From Mobula hypostoma (lineage: Eukaryota), in the NCBI RefSeq assembly GCF_963921235.1, contig NC_086108.1:8742001-8806000 (forward strand): DNA of 64,000 nucleotides, written 5' to 3'. The notes beneath the pieces were generated by a model, which saw nothing but the letters and a program-made list of their open reading frames with translations, made no database searches and was not told the origin of the DNA. Shown here piece by piece: positions 1 through 13,400 of this stretch (within the stretch, counting starts at the first letter, position 1; each line of letters starts with the position of its first letter). The position numbers and the translations under genes are program-made.

Positions 1-964
1 CACTTTCAAGGCCTCTTCATCTCATGTTCTTGGTATTTATTGCTTATTTATTTATTATTATTGTTCCTTCTTTTTGCATTTGCACTGTTTGTTGTCTTCT
101 GCACTCTAGTTGAACACCCTAGTTGTGTAGATCCTGTTATAGCTAGTATTCTATAGATTTATTGAGTATGTCTACAAGGAAATGAATCTCAGGGTTGTAA
201 ATGGTGACAGACACGTACGTTGATAACAAAAGTTACTTGACTTTGAATGAAATGAGTTGTTTGTGCTAACAACCAACACACCCTAGGGATGTGCTGGGGG
301 GCAGCCTGCAAGGGTTGCCACTCATTTCGGTGCCAACATATTTGGGGACCTTGCTTATCACTGGTGACTATGGGACTGAGATAAATAGTCATGAGAAACA
401 GGGAGAAGATAGAAATAGGACATTTCAGTTCATGCGTAGGGGGTAAAGGTTAGACAACTGATGGAACCTTCAGGCTGGTTTTTGCTGGAGATGGTTTACT
501 GGGGACAATGAAGACCAAGAGAAAGCATCTAAAAACCATAGCAACGTAGAGCACTGAGGATCAGTCAGAAGTCAAGGCACTGAAGGCCGCAACTGAGGGT
601 CTGTGAGGTCATGAGGAATGTTGATATCTGGCAGTCTGTGAATTCACTGCCAGCTGGCAGCCTCTACTTTATTAGAAGTTTGTGTAGATTTGGCATGTCA
701 TTTAAACCTTTGACAAACTTCTATAAGTACACAGTGCACTCACAATACACGACCTGATACAGAAACGCCTATAGCCGGGAATGCAAAAATCTCCAGGAAA
801 TGGTGGATAAAGCCCAGTCCATCACAGGCAAAGCCCTCCCCACCATTGAGCATATCTACAAGGAGCACTGCAACGGGAAAGCAGCATCCATCATCAAGGA
901 CTCCCACCATCCGTACCATGCTCTCTCCTCACTACTACCACTGGAAAGGAGGTACAGGAGCCTT

Positions 965-1330
965 AGGTCCCACAATACCAGCTTCAGGAACAGTTATTAC
1001 CCTACAACCATCAGGCTCCTGAACCAGAGGGGATAACTTCACTCACCACAATGAGCCTCAGGTCCCACACCACCAGGTTCAGGAACAGTTATCACCCCAC
1101 AACCATCAGGCTCCTGAACCAGTGTGGATAACTTCACTCACCACAATGAGCCTCAGGTCCCACACCACCAGGTTCAGGAACAGTTATTACCCCACAACCA
1201 TCAGGCTCCTGAACCAGTGTGGATAACTTCACTCCCCACAATGAGCCTCAGGTCCCACACCACCAGGTTCAGGAACAGTTATTACCCCTCAACCATCAGG
1301 CTCCTGAATCAGATAACTTCACTCACCACA
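965..1330 (+). repeat. 95-bp tandem array (~4 units) derived from a Rex1/Babar LINE 3' end
   Basis: AGGTCCCACA recurs at 965, 1060, 1155 and 1250. Confidence 0.9.
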
Positions 1331-3032
1331 ACTCTGAACTGATTCCATAACCTACAGGCTCACTTTCAGGAACTCTACAAGTCATGCTCTCAATATTATT
1401 TATTTATTTAAAATTTGCATAAATTCTCTTCTTTTGCACATTTATTGTTTGTTGGTTGTGTTATCTATAGTTTTTCATAAATTCTAATATATTTCTTTAT
1501 TTTCCTGGAAGGTAGTATATGACTTTATATTCTTTTTTTTTATAATACTTTAATCAAAGTATTCTGACTTTGATGAAGATGCGAGAAGCTTCAAAAGTAA
1601 CTACAGTACTGTAGAAAAGTCTGAGGATTGTTCAGAATCAGATGACCTTGCCTGGTGTCTCAGGGCTGGCTGTGTCTGCATCTCCCCTACCCCTCTGCCC
1701 CAGCACTCCTTCTCTGCCACCTGTCCCACACCCCCCTCACCATTCCTAACATCCTTTGCTCCCACCAGATTTACAAACTCACTGCACTCCACGTTGACAA
1801 ATTACGGTCCTCTGCAAAAGTCTCAGGCACCCTGGCTGTACACATGTACCTAAGACTTTTGTGCAATACCTGTAGACCGACTGAAAACACAACATTCGGT
1901 AGGAAAAACAGAGCTAGCTCAAGGTCAGGTCTATTGTTGTCACAGGAATACACGCACAGGGTATAAATCCCACGAATATTAGCATTTAACAGCCACAACA
2001 GGGTGCATTATGCAGTACGACACAATCATAACATTCACATAACATTCAAAGTAAATTTTATTATCAAAGTACATATCTGTCACCACATACAACCCTGCGA
2101 TTCATTTTCCTGCGGGATACTCAGCAAATCTATAGAACAGGATCGATAACAGGATCAATGAAGGATCAGCCAGAGTGCAGAAGACAACAAACTGTTGTGA
2201 ACTTTGAGGTGAGGGTCTTCAGGCTCCCGTATCTCCTGCCTGACGGCAGCATCGAGGAGGGGGCATGTCCCAGATGGTGGGGTTCTTGATAATAGATGTC
2301 ACCTTCTGGAGACATTGCCTCTTGATGGGGGAAATAGCTGTGTGCATGATGGAACTTCCTGTTTAAGATGAATCTCCGCGACTTCTGATGAAACAACGAA
2401 GATCACTAAATACTTCGTTAATCATTCTTTTTCTGGAAAACAATTATCGCAAACAATAGTCTGTATCTTCCCTTTGGACTAGTAGGTAATTTAGTGTGGC
2501 CGAACTGAGGCAAGGCGAGGCAGAGGGCCTGATGCCGAGAGTGAGGAAGGGGCTGGGATTTGATCGATTTAAGCCTGGGGCCAAATCGGGAAGTTTAGGG
2601 CAGTGGGGTCCAGGCCCCAGAGCATGTTGAAGCGACTGAACCCAATGTTTGATCTAGGATTTGAGCGCCAGGTCAGATTGGAAAGGCCCATAAGACATAG
2701 CAGCAGAGTTAGGCCATTCAGCCCATTGAGCCTGTTCCACCATTGCATCATGGCTGATCGCGGATCCCATTCACCAGGTGAGGGTAGAGAAGTTCAGCTC
2801 GTTGCTCTGCTCTGCACTGAACTAAGGGTCTGGGGACGGACTCTCTTCCTGGATTTTGCTATTTACTTGCAGTTATTGTTTGCACGATTTTTTTTTCTCT
2901 GCACATTGGGTGTTTGACATTTTTATTAATGGGCTCTTTTGGGTTTCTTTGTTTTCTGGCTGCCTGTTAGGATATGAATGTCAAGCTTGTATAATGTAAA
3001 TATACTTTGATATTTACATTGTACGTGACCTT

Positions 3033-3340
3033 CAGTCTGCTGATATCAGGGCGGACACTTGGGAAGAGACAGCTGCAGATCGCTGCACCCGGCGACAGGC
3101 TGTACGTACAGGCATTACCAATGCAGAGGAAAAACCAACGCGACTGTGGTCGGACAGAAGGGAGAGAAGGAAAGCTGAGGCAGTGACGACCCAGCCGCAG
3201 CCATCGGCCTTTGTGTGCAGCAGCTGTGCCAAGGACTGCTGCCCAAGGATCGGCTTATTCAGCCTCAGGCGACGCTGTTCCACACCCAACTAAGTCCTAA
3301 ACCGGGCACGTCCATTGTCTGCTTAGACAGACGGAGCCAT
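3033..3340 (+). mobile_element. RTE-clade LINE 3' fragment
   Basis: Degenerate C-terminal zinc finger FVCSSCAKDCCPRIGLFS followed by a TCCATTGTCT...GACAGACGGAGCC end. Confidence 0.6.
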
Positions 3341-3796
3341 TAAAATTAAAACCTTGATAATAAATGTACTTTGAACTGGCTAGGTTTCTGTAGCCTCTTC
3401 TGCACATTGGCATTCCCCTTCCTGTCCACGATGCATCCAGTCAGAATGTTAAGAGTGTCACGGTCCCAACTGAACCACGGCAGACATCCAAGTCATGGCG
3501 TTCCAATTCCCTGGAGTACGGTTAGCTGCCATGGTCCGTTTAAAACGCAGACTGCCGATCATTGCCTGCCACATTCTCTCATGGGAAGTCTGTGCTTAAA
3601 GGCCTCATGCTCAGTACTTCTTAAGACCATAAGCTACAGGAGCACAATTAGGCCATTTGGCCCATCGAGTCTGCTCCGCCATTTCGTCATGGCTGATCCA
3701 ATTTCCCTCTCAGCCCCAGTCTCCTGCCTTCTCCCTGTACCCCTTCATGCTCTGACTAATCAAGAATCTATCAACCTCTGCCTTAAATATACCCAA

Positions 3797-4033
3797 ACAA
3801 CAGGAATTCTGCAGATGCTGGAAATTCAAGCAACACACATCAAAGTTGCTGGTGAACGCAGCAGGCCAAGCAGCATCTATAGGAAGAGGCGCAGTCAACG
3901 TTTCAGGCCGAGACCCTTCGTCAGGACCCTTCGTTAGTCCTGACGAAGGGTCTCGGCCTGAAACGTCGACTGCGCCTCTTCCTATAGATGCTGCTTGGCC
4001 TGCTGCGTTCACCAGCAACTTTGATGTGTGTTG
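3797..4033. mobile_element. Penelope-like inverted-terminus (hairpin) insertion
   Basis: ~100-bp inverted arms meeting at 3928-3936; flanked by direct repeat CTTAAATATACCCAA (3782-3796 and 4034-4048). Confidence 0.8.
3936..3971 (+). ncRNA. Minimal type-I hammerhead ribozyme motif (Penelope-type)
   Basis: AGTC-CTGACGA-A-GGGT CTCG GCCT-GAAA-CG-TC-GACT: catalytic cores, stem I AGTC/GACT, GUC cleavage triplet, palindromic ACGT stem III. Confidence 0.7.
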
Positions 4034-7000
4034 CTTAAATATACCCAATGACTTGGCCTCCACTGCTGTCTCTGACAACAAACTCCACAGATTCACCACT
4101 CTCTGGCTAAAGAAGCTACTCCTCATCTACGTTCTAAATGGATGCCTCTCTATTCTGAGGCTGTGTCCTCTGGCCTCAGACTCCACAACCATAGGAAACA
4201 TCCTTTCCACATCCACTCTATTGAGGCCTTTCAAGATTCAAAAGGTTTCAGTGAGATTCCCCCCTCATCCTTCTAAATTCAAGCAAATACGGACCCAGAG
4301 CTGTCAAGCATTCCTTGTATGATAAGCCTTTAATTCCCAGAATCATCCTTGCGAACCTCCTCTGAATCCTCTCCAACACCAGCACATCTTTTCTTAGATG
4401 AGGAACCCAAAACTGTTCACAATACTCAAGGTGAGGCCTCACCAGGGCCTTAAAAAGCCTCAGCATCACATCCTTGCTCTTGTATTCTAGACCTCCTGAA
4501 ATGAATGCTAACATTGCATTTGCCTTCCTCACCACCGACTCAACCTGCAAGTTAACCTTCAGGGTGTTCTGCACAAGTTCCCTTTGCATCTCAGATTTTT
4601 GGATTTTCTCCCCATTTAGAAAATAGTCTGCACATTTATTTCATGGTGAATGACCATGCATTATCCAACATCGTATTTCATTTGCCACTTTCTTGCAAAT
4701 CCTCCTAATCTGTTTAAGTCCTTCTGCAGCCTACCTGTTTCCTCAACACTACCTGTCCGTCCACCAATCTTTGCATCAACTGCAAACTAGGCAACAAAGC
4801 CATGTGTTCTATCATCTAAATCATTTATATGCAGCATAAAAAGAAGTGGTTCCAACACCGACCCATATGGGACACCACTAGTCACTGGCAGCCCACCAGA
4901 AAATGATCCTTTTTTTCCCACTTGCTGCCTCTTACCAATTAGCAAATGTTCTAACCATGTTAGTAACTTTCCTGTAATACCATGGGCTCTTAGCTTGGTA
5001 AGCAGCCTCGTGTGGCACCTTGTCAAAGGCCTTCCGAAAGTCCAAATATACAACATCCACTGCATCCCCTTTATCTATCCTACCTGTAATCTCCTCAAAG
5101 AATTCTAACAAGTTTGTCAAGCAAGATTTTCCCCAAAGGAAACCATGCTGACTTTGTCCTACCTTGTCCTGTCTTGTCCTGTGTCACCAAGTACTCCATA
5201 ACCTCATCCTGAACTACTGACTCCAACATCTTCCCAACCACTGAGGTCACTCTATAACTTCCTTTCTGCTGCCTTCCTCCTTTCTTAAAGAGTGGAGTGA
5301 CACCATGCCAGGGCCCAATGACTTTTGAAAGATCATTACTAATGCCTCCACAATCTCTACCACTACCTGTTTCAGAGCTCTAGGGTGCAGCTCATCTGGT
5401 CCAGGTGACTTATGTACTTTTAGGTGTTTCAGCTTTTTGAGCATCTTCTCCCTTCTAATAGTAACTGCACCCACTTCTCTTCCTTCACAACCTTCAACAT
5501 CTGACACATTACTAGTGTCTTCCACGGTGAAGACTGATGCAAAATACTCATTTAGTTCATCTGCCATCTCCCTGTCCCCCATTATTATTTCTCCAGCTTT
5601 GTTTTCTAGCGGTCCTATATTCACTCTCATCTCTCCTTTATTTTTTACAAACTTGAAAAGCTTTTACTATCCAGTTTGATGTTATTTGCTAGCTTGCTTT
5701 CGTATTTCATCTTTGCCCTCCAAATGATTCTTTCAGTTGCTGTCTGTAAGTTTTAAAAGCTTCCCAATCCTCTGTCTTTCCAATAATTTTTGCTTTGTGT
5801 TATACCCTCTCTTTTGTTTTTACATTCGCTTTGACTTCCCTTGTAATCTATGGTTGTACTATTTTGCCATTTGACTATTTCTTCATTTTGGGAATACATC
5901 TATCCTGCACCTTCCTCATTTTTCCCAGAAACTCACACCATTGCTGCTCTGCTGTCATCCCTGCCAGCATTCCTTCCAATTTAATTTAGCTCATTCCTCT
6001 CTCATACCACTGTAATTTCCTTTACTCCACTGAAATACCACTACGTCAGACTTTACTTTCTTTTACCTTAAGCTCCCTAATCAGCTCTGGTTCGTTATGT
6101 AACACCCAATCCAGTATAGCTGATCCCCTAGTGGGCTCAATCGACCTGCATGTAGAAATCTCCCCATGAATTCTTAACATTGCTCTTTTGACACACCTTT
6201 TCTATTTCCTGCTGTAAGCTGTGGTCCACATCCCAGCTACTGTTGGGAGACCTGTATGTAACTGCCATTAGGGTCCTTTTACCCTTGCAGTTTCTTAACT
6301 CAACCCACAGGGATTCAACATCTTCCAATCCTACATCACATCTTTCTAATGATTTGATTCCATTCTTTACCAGCAGAGCCACACCTCTGCCAACCTTTCC
6401 ATCCTCTGATGCAATGTGTAACCTTGGACATTCAGCTCCCAACTACAACCATCCTTCAGCCACGATTCAGTGATGGCCACAACATCATACCTGACAATCT
6501 GTAATAGTGCAACAAGATCATCCACCTTATTTCTTACACTCTGTGCATTTTGAGATTTAACACTTTGAGTTCTGTATTTGCTCCCCTTTTTGATTCTGCA
6601 TCCCTAATGCTCTGATACTCACCCTGCTGGTTGCAATCTTGTCCTATCATCTGCCTGCCCTTCCTGACAGTCTGACTGCAGGCTATCTTTGCTTTTTTAC
6701 CATCCGTCCTATCCCGAGTCCCTTCACTCTGGTTCACACCCCCTGCCAAATTAGTTTAAACCCTCCCCAACAGCTCTAACAAACCTGTCCATGAGAATAT
6801 TGGTCCCCCTTGGGTTCAGGTGCAACCCGTCACTTTTAAACAGGTCATACCTCCCCCAGAAGAGAACCCAATGATCCAAGAACCTGAAGCCCTGCCCCCT
6901 GCACCAGCCTCTCAGCCACGCATTAATTCACCAGATCATCCTGTTTCTACCCTCACTGGCACGTGGCACAGGTAGCAATCCAAAAATTACTACCCTGGAG

Positions 7001-9924
7001 GTCCTGCTTCTCAGCTTGCTACCTAGCTCTCTAAGTTCTCTTTTCAGGACCTCTTTGCTTTTCCTCCCTATGTCATTGGTACCAATATGTACCAAGACAA
7101 CTGGCTACTCTCCCTCTCTCTCCAAAATGCCGTGGACACAGTCCAAGACGTCCCTGACCCTGGCACCAGGGAGGCAACGTACCACCCAGGTGTCCTGTTC
7201 ACGTCCACAGAATCTCCTGTCTGTTCCCCTGATTACTGAGTCGCCCATCACTAACATCCCCTCTTCTCCCTCTTTCCCTTCTGCACCACAGACCCATGCT
7301 CAGGGCCAGTACCCAGTCACCGTGGCATTCCCCGGGAGATCAGCCTGCAGAATAGTATCCAAAGCGGTATACTTATTATTGAGAGGATTGGCCACAGGGG
7401 TGCTCTGCTCTAACTGCCTATTTACATTTCCATTTCTCCTGACAGTCACCCAGCTACTCGCCTCCTGCAACTTTGCGGTGACTACTTCCCTGCAACTCCA
7501 ATCAGTGATCTCCTTACTCTCCCGCACAAGCCGAAGGTCACCTGGCTGCTGGTCTTCAAGCTTTCAGAACGGAGATGAGGATGAATTTCTTTAGCCAGAG
7601 AGTGGCGAATCTGTAGAATTCTTTGCCACAGTCAGCTGTGGAGGCAGTCTTCATGTATATTTAAGGCAGTGGTTGAGAGGACAATTGGATCAGCCATATT
7701 GAAATGCTGGAGCAATTCAGCCTAATTCTGCTCCTGTACCTTATGGTCTTATGGTTACAAAGAACAGCCATGGAACCAACCCTTCCGAAGGAAAACATCA
7801 AACATCAAACTGCCCTCACCCCACGCACGAAAAAAAACAGGCAAAACACAGAATATAAAACACAAAATCAAAAGCATGTTTAGCCTGCAGGCAGCCCTGC
7901 CCGTCTTTTAAAGATATTATTACTTTTCCTGCCTCAGCCACTTCTTCGGACGGCTCGTTCCAGATGCCCTTTCACCTCAGCGTGCTGAAGTCACCCCCCC
8001 CCCCACAGGTACCTTTGAAATCTTTCCCCCTCTCACATTCAACCTCTGCCCTCTCGTTGTTGATTCCCCAAAGGCTGCGTGCAATCACCACACGTTTACA
8101 TGTTTGACATGTTTACTTTTGAGACAGGTCTGGGTGTGCCAATGCACAAATCGCTGAAAGTGGACAGACCGAACGAGCACGTATTTGCATAACCAATAGC
8201 ATGTTGCCATTTATTACAAGAAATTAAAAACACCTCACTATAATTATAGAGTGTTTCATAGACAACACCCAGAATAATGTATGTAGTTTTTGTCTCTTTA
8301 CCTAAGGGAGAGGTTGGCATGGCGGAGGTGTGTCTCCACCGAAGGAGATGTAACTCCAAGAGCACCACAATCTTGCCGTGGTTCGGAGGCTTGCATGCCT
8401 CAGTGACCCAGACAGCAAAGTCGGTTGGAGTCAGGGCTTTGCGCTTTGGCTAGGTCAGGTCACCCTTACTGAGAGAGGCCAGACTAAAAGTGGTCCTCCA
8501 GGACTAACAACCCTGACTGATCAAACACAATTGTTAGATTAGATTATGAGGACACGCAGTCCTCTTTTATTGTCATTTAGTAATGCATGCATTAAGAAAT
8601 GATACAATATTCCTCCGGTGTGATATCACAGAAACGCAGGACAGACCAAGACTGAAACACTAACAAAAACCATATAATTATAACATATAGTTACAACAGT
8701 GCAACAATACCATAACTTGATGAAGAACAGGCCATGGCACAGTAAAAAAGTTGAAAGTCTCTCAAATGTCCCACATCTCACGCAGACGGGAGAAGGAAGA
8801 AAACTCTCCCTGCCATGCCCAACCACAGTCTGACTCTGAGTCGTCCGAAAACTTCGAGCCTCCGATCAGCCCTCTGACACCGAGTACCGAGCACCATCTC
8901 TATCTGAACACTTTGACCTCGGCCTTGGTCGCCAGCAGCAGGCAAAGCCGGGGATTTTGGGGCCTTCCCTCCGGAGATTCTCGATCGCACAGTAGCAGTG
9001 GCAGCGGACCAGCGTTTCAGAAATTTCTCCAGATGTTCCTCTCTGTGCTTTCACGTCTGTCTCCATCAAATCAGAATTGTCCACAGCCCCTATTTAACAG
9101 ATATAATATCATTTCACCAGAGAGCTGCGGTGGAAACAGCAATGAAGAATCCTCCTACATCTGGGTGTGACGGTATTCCTGAGTCTCCACCCGGGATTTG
9201 CATGGCTGACAGTAGTGAAAACTGACAGGAAGCTACTGACATGATGAAGGAAGCCCTGATCACCGCCAGAGATGGAGGACATTCACTGCTGTCCTAAACG
9301 CCAGCGGTGTAATGGGCAGTAAGAAAGGAGGTGTAAGGTGCTCCTTCCCTCCGCTAGCCTGCAGGTCACCCTTGGGCAAGGTGTAGCACCTGCTTAGTCT
9401 CCCCACCCCCCCGATCAGGGTCACGTGAAGCCATGGGAGCGGGTGGTAGATGGTCGTACGAGCAGCCGTTGCAGATCACGAGTCCTGGTCATGTGACCGC
9501 TGACATCAGGCAATCTCCAAAGAATATAGATAATGGCTGGGGTCACCTGATTGTAAGGACACTGCCCGGAAGAAGGCAATGACAAACCATTTCTGTAGAA
9601 AAATTTACCAAGAACAAACATGGTGATGGATAGACCACGTTCGCCCACGTCACACGACATGGCACATAAAGGTGATGTCATACAACACGGCACATAAAGA
9701 TGATGTCATATGACATGGCACATGACAACGATGATGATGATGGTGACCTAAGGAAGGATGTACCTAATAAAGTGGTCACTGAGCGAATGTTAAACACAAG
9801 AAAATCTGAGGATGCTGGAAATCCAAAGCCACACACGTAAAATGCTGGAGGAACTCAGCAGGCCGGGCAGCATCTATGGAAAAGAGTAAACAGTTGACAA
9901 TTTGGGCCGAGTGTTCATCAGAAC

Positions 9925-10185
9925 ACTGAGTGTATGTTTGTGGTCTTCTGCTGCTGTAGCTCATCCAGTTCAGGGTTCAGTGTGTCGTGCATTCAGAGAT
10001 GCTCTTCTGCACACCACCGTCGTAAAATATGGCTATCTGAGTTGCTGTCGCCTTCCTGTCAGCTTGAACCAGTCTGGCCATTCTCCTCTGACCTCTCTCA
10101 TTAACCAGGTGTTTTCGCCCACAGAGCTGCTGCTCACTGGATGTTTTTTGTTTGTCACACCATTCTCCGTAAACTCTAGAGACTG
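9925..10185 (-). mobile_element. Tc1-like transposon fragment (same family as 45485-45842)
   Basis: VSRVYGEW...CGRKHLVNERGQRRMARLVQADRKAT. Confidence 0.75.
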
Positions 10186-10447
10186 CCCACGTCACATGAT
10201 GATGATGATGATGATGATGATGAGATTTAATTTGTTGAGATAATTTATGGACACATCTGGACACAAGCTGGGGTCTGATCAGCCCCGGCTGGGTCACCTG
10301 GAGGAGGTTGTATGATGTTGAAAGACCCGAAACAACCAATGATTCCAGGAACATCACTGAAGATGTGTCCGGAAGCATCAGTAGATGGATGTACACAGCA
10401 TGAAGGGCAAGGTCCCACATATCCGAGCTCCGTGGAGTGTCATTTTA

Positions 10448-13400
10448 GATCATCATCATAGCTTGTCACACCAGACAGCCAGCCACTCTAGTGTTGTCTG
10501 GCTGGTGTTGAGCAGGTCAGTGTCAGCTAAATCAGGTGAGAGTGGGCAGTTGCGCAGAACGTGTTCGATGTTCTGCCCCCTTTCGCCACACTCACAGGAT
10601 TCGCTGGTCTTTAAACCCCACTTCACCATATTGTCTCCTGTCCTACAAACTCCCGCTCTCGCTCTGTTGAGAGTACACCACTTCCGTCTGTCAAGCAGTG
10701 CCCCGTCTGGTAACATTTCTGTGGGGTCTTGCACTGTATTGTCTGGTGGGGTTGCAGGCATTGCTCCCCTGGAGATCCGAAGACACACTACAACAAAAAT
10801 TGAAAAAGGTAAACAGAACTCTGTGGGGTCTGTTTGTTGCCAGAGGTCAATCCTGTATGTTCGGCGGGATGTTCCGTGTGGTAGTTCCTCCACTGTAGCA
10901 AAGCTTTTCCTCGATTTTAGGCGGTTGGAAACTGACACATGATGGTGTAGTGGGTGCCGTGGATCCGAGTTCTGTTTACCTTTTTCAATTTTTGTTGTAG
11001 TGTGTCTTCGGATCTCCGGGGGAGCAATGCCTGCAAGTCTGTAAATGATGTTAGTGGGTGTGGGGCGCAGTGTGCCCGTGATTATTCGGCAGGCTTCGTT
11101 AAGCAACGGGTCTATTTTCTTCGCATGGGCTGATCTGCCCCACACAGGTGCACAGTATTCTGCAGGTGCATAGCAGAGTGCTAGGGCAGTTCATCTAAGT
11201 TTGTGAGCATTAGCTCCCCATTTCGTGCCTGCTAATTTTTTCAAGACAGAATTGCGAGAGCCAACTTTCCCTCAGAGTTTTTGGATGTGGGTGGCAAATG
11301 AGAGCGTCCTATCCAGTGTCACGCCCAGGTAAATTGGAGTCGGATGGTGTTCGAGCTCCTTCCCACACCAGAAGATCTTGAGTTTCTGAGCTGCTTCTCG
11401 ATTCCTCAGGTGGAACGCACACACTTGAGTTTTTAATGGATTTAGGTTCAGAGACGATTTTTCATAATACTGCTTCATTGCTTCGAGGACTGCTGTAAGT
11501 CGTACTTCAACTTCTTGGAAGGAGTTAGCTTGTGTTGCTATGCATAGGTCGTCTGCATAGATCAACCTGCGTGTGTTAGGAAAGGTTGGTTGATCGTTTG
11601 TGTAAGCATTAAATAGTAGAGGTGCCAGGACTGATCCCTGTGGTAGTCCGTTCTTTTGTGGACACCACCTACTCTTAATTCCATTCATTTCTACATAAAA
11701 CCTGCAATTTTCTAGGAGGCTGTGGTTTCGTTCTTTAACATTTTAGATAATTTCAGTAGAAGGCCTCTGTAATTCACAGTGTCGTATGCTGCTAAGTCAA
11801 CAAATACTGCCCTGTAATTTGTCACATTTCAAAGCCATCCTCAATACACTGGGTTAAGTTCAGGACTTGACCGCAGCAAGAGCGGCCTGGCCTGAACCCA
11901 GCTTGGTCTGGTTTTAGAAGATCTTCGACTAAGGGGGATATTCTTTTCAGTATAAGTCTCTCGTAGAGTTTATAGAGGGTGCAGAGCAAGGAAATGGGTC
12001 TGTAATTTTTCGGAATGTTTGGGGTCTTTATTGGTTTTTAGGAGAGCAACAACTTTGGCTCTTCTCCACTTTTTAGGTATTTTAATGATCTTAGGCAACA
12101 GTTAAAAAGGGACAGAAGCCAGTGGAGTGCTTTAGGTCCAAGATGCTTAAGGAATTCATTAAGAATCCCATCTATGCCAGCAGCTTTGTTGGATTTCAGC
12201 TGTGATACTTCATCCTTTAATTCTTCTAGGGTGAGAGGTGGGAAGTTGTTATTCCTGTTTGAGAGAGCTGACACCATCTCCTGAGTTTGCTTTTTCTTTT
12301 GCCTCCGTTCCTTGTTATTTGGTCGACCATTTAGTATCAGTTGGTGGGCAACCTGATTGGGTGTTACGGCAGCAATTCTGTGTGGTGGTCTATTGTCTGA
12401 GTTGAGTTTCCGAACAGTTGCCCATGCCTCCTTACTGTTCTTGGTCATGTCTATGTTTTCTATCAGTTCCTGGCAACACTGTTGTCTCTCTTGGCTCAGT
12501 AGGGACAGAACTGACTCTCCCATTTCAATTGTGTTGACCAAACGGGTCTTGGTCGAATAAGTTGACATACTCATCATAGCTTTGCTTGATATCACTAGTC
12601 AATCCCTGAATATATTTGGTTCTGCAGCCTCTAGGTATGTTCTGCTGTGCTACTTTCCAGATTTGTCGGACAAATTCATCATAATGATCAGGTTCTGGTG
12701 GTATGGTATCGATAAGTTGATCAAGGGATTCTGCAAAAGATGTCCAATTTGTTTTTCTCAGGTTAAATCTCGGTAGGTACTTTGATGGTACAGGTCTCGG
12801 AACTGGAAGGGGTTCTACCTGGACTGGATGGTGTTGAGATTTGGATATATGCTGGAGGGCTGTTCGTATAGAGAGGTTGGAGCTTGCCAAGGTAACAAAG
12901 GCAAGGTCTATGTCATGGTCCATGTCATGGTCCGGTCCGTGAAGTCCGCATTCTGATTCACAGTCCAGTCCATCAATCTGTATTCCAGGTTTTCCGGTTT
13001 TCCCTTGTCCTGTTGTGTGCCTTAATTGAGGCACATGATTCTGACTTTGGGCTGGCTACATAAATAGCTCCTGGTTCAGCTTCATTTGCTGAACTGTTCC
13101 TTCCGCCTTCCGCCATCCGCCATCTGCCATCTGCCATCTGCCATCTGCCATCTGCCATCTGCCATCTGCCATCTGCCATCTGCCATCTGCCATCCGCCAT
13201 CCGCCATCCGCCTTCCGCCTTCCGCTTTGCCTGCATCCTTGCCTGTATTGCTGTCAAGTTCTACTGCTGGAGCAAGACCGCAGCCTTGCTGTGTCTAGAT
13301 AAGGAACTGTCTATCGTTGTTGGGAACCATCTCTGTATCCACGCCTTCGCTAGGTAGGTCTGGCTGTTTGCTGCTACCTTGTGTTGGGAACCATCTCTGT

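Larger units (their letters stand above)
3621..7545 (-). mobile_element. Degenerate CR1 LINE (ORF1 remnant + fragmented ORF2)
   Basis: Minus-strand ORF fragments RPHLEYCEQFW, LDFRKAFDKVPH, KSPGPDELHPR, LWVELRN; TATGGTCT-type tail. Confidence 0.88.

Noticed and set aside
965..1330. CRISPR-like periodicity in the 95-bp arrays
   Set aside because: Whole units repeat with no unique spacers; eukaryotic LINE-derived sequence.
1810..1870. Possible exon in minus ORF 1771-1998
   Set aside because: It is a short Tc1-type TIR palindrome (GCAAAAGTCT...AGACTTTTG), similar to 41650-41948.
10249..10400. Possible third HDV-like fold (GGACACA...TGTGTCC-GG)
   Set aside because: P1-like pairing exists, but no L3 UCC, P2 or J4/2 could be assigned.
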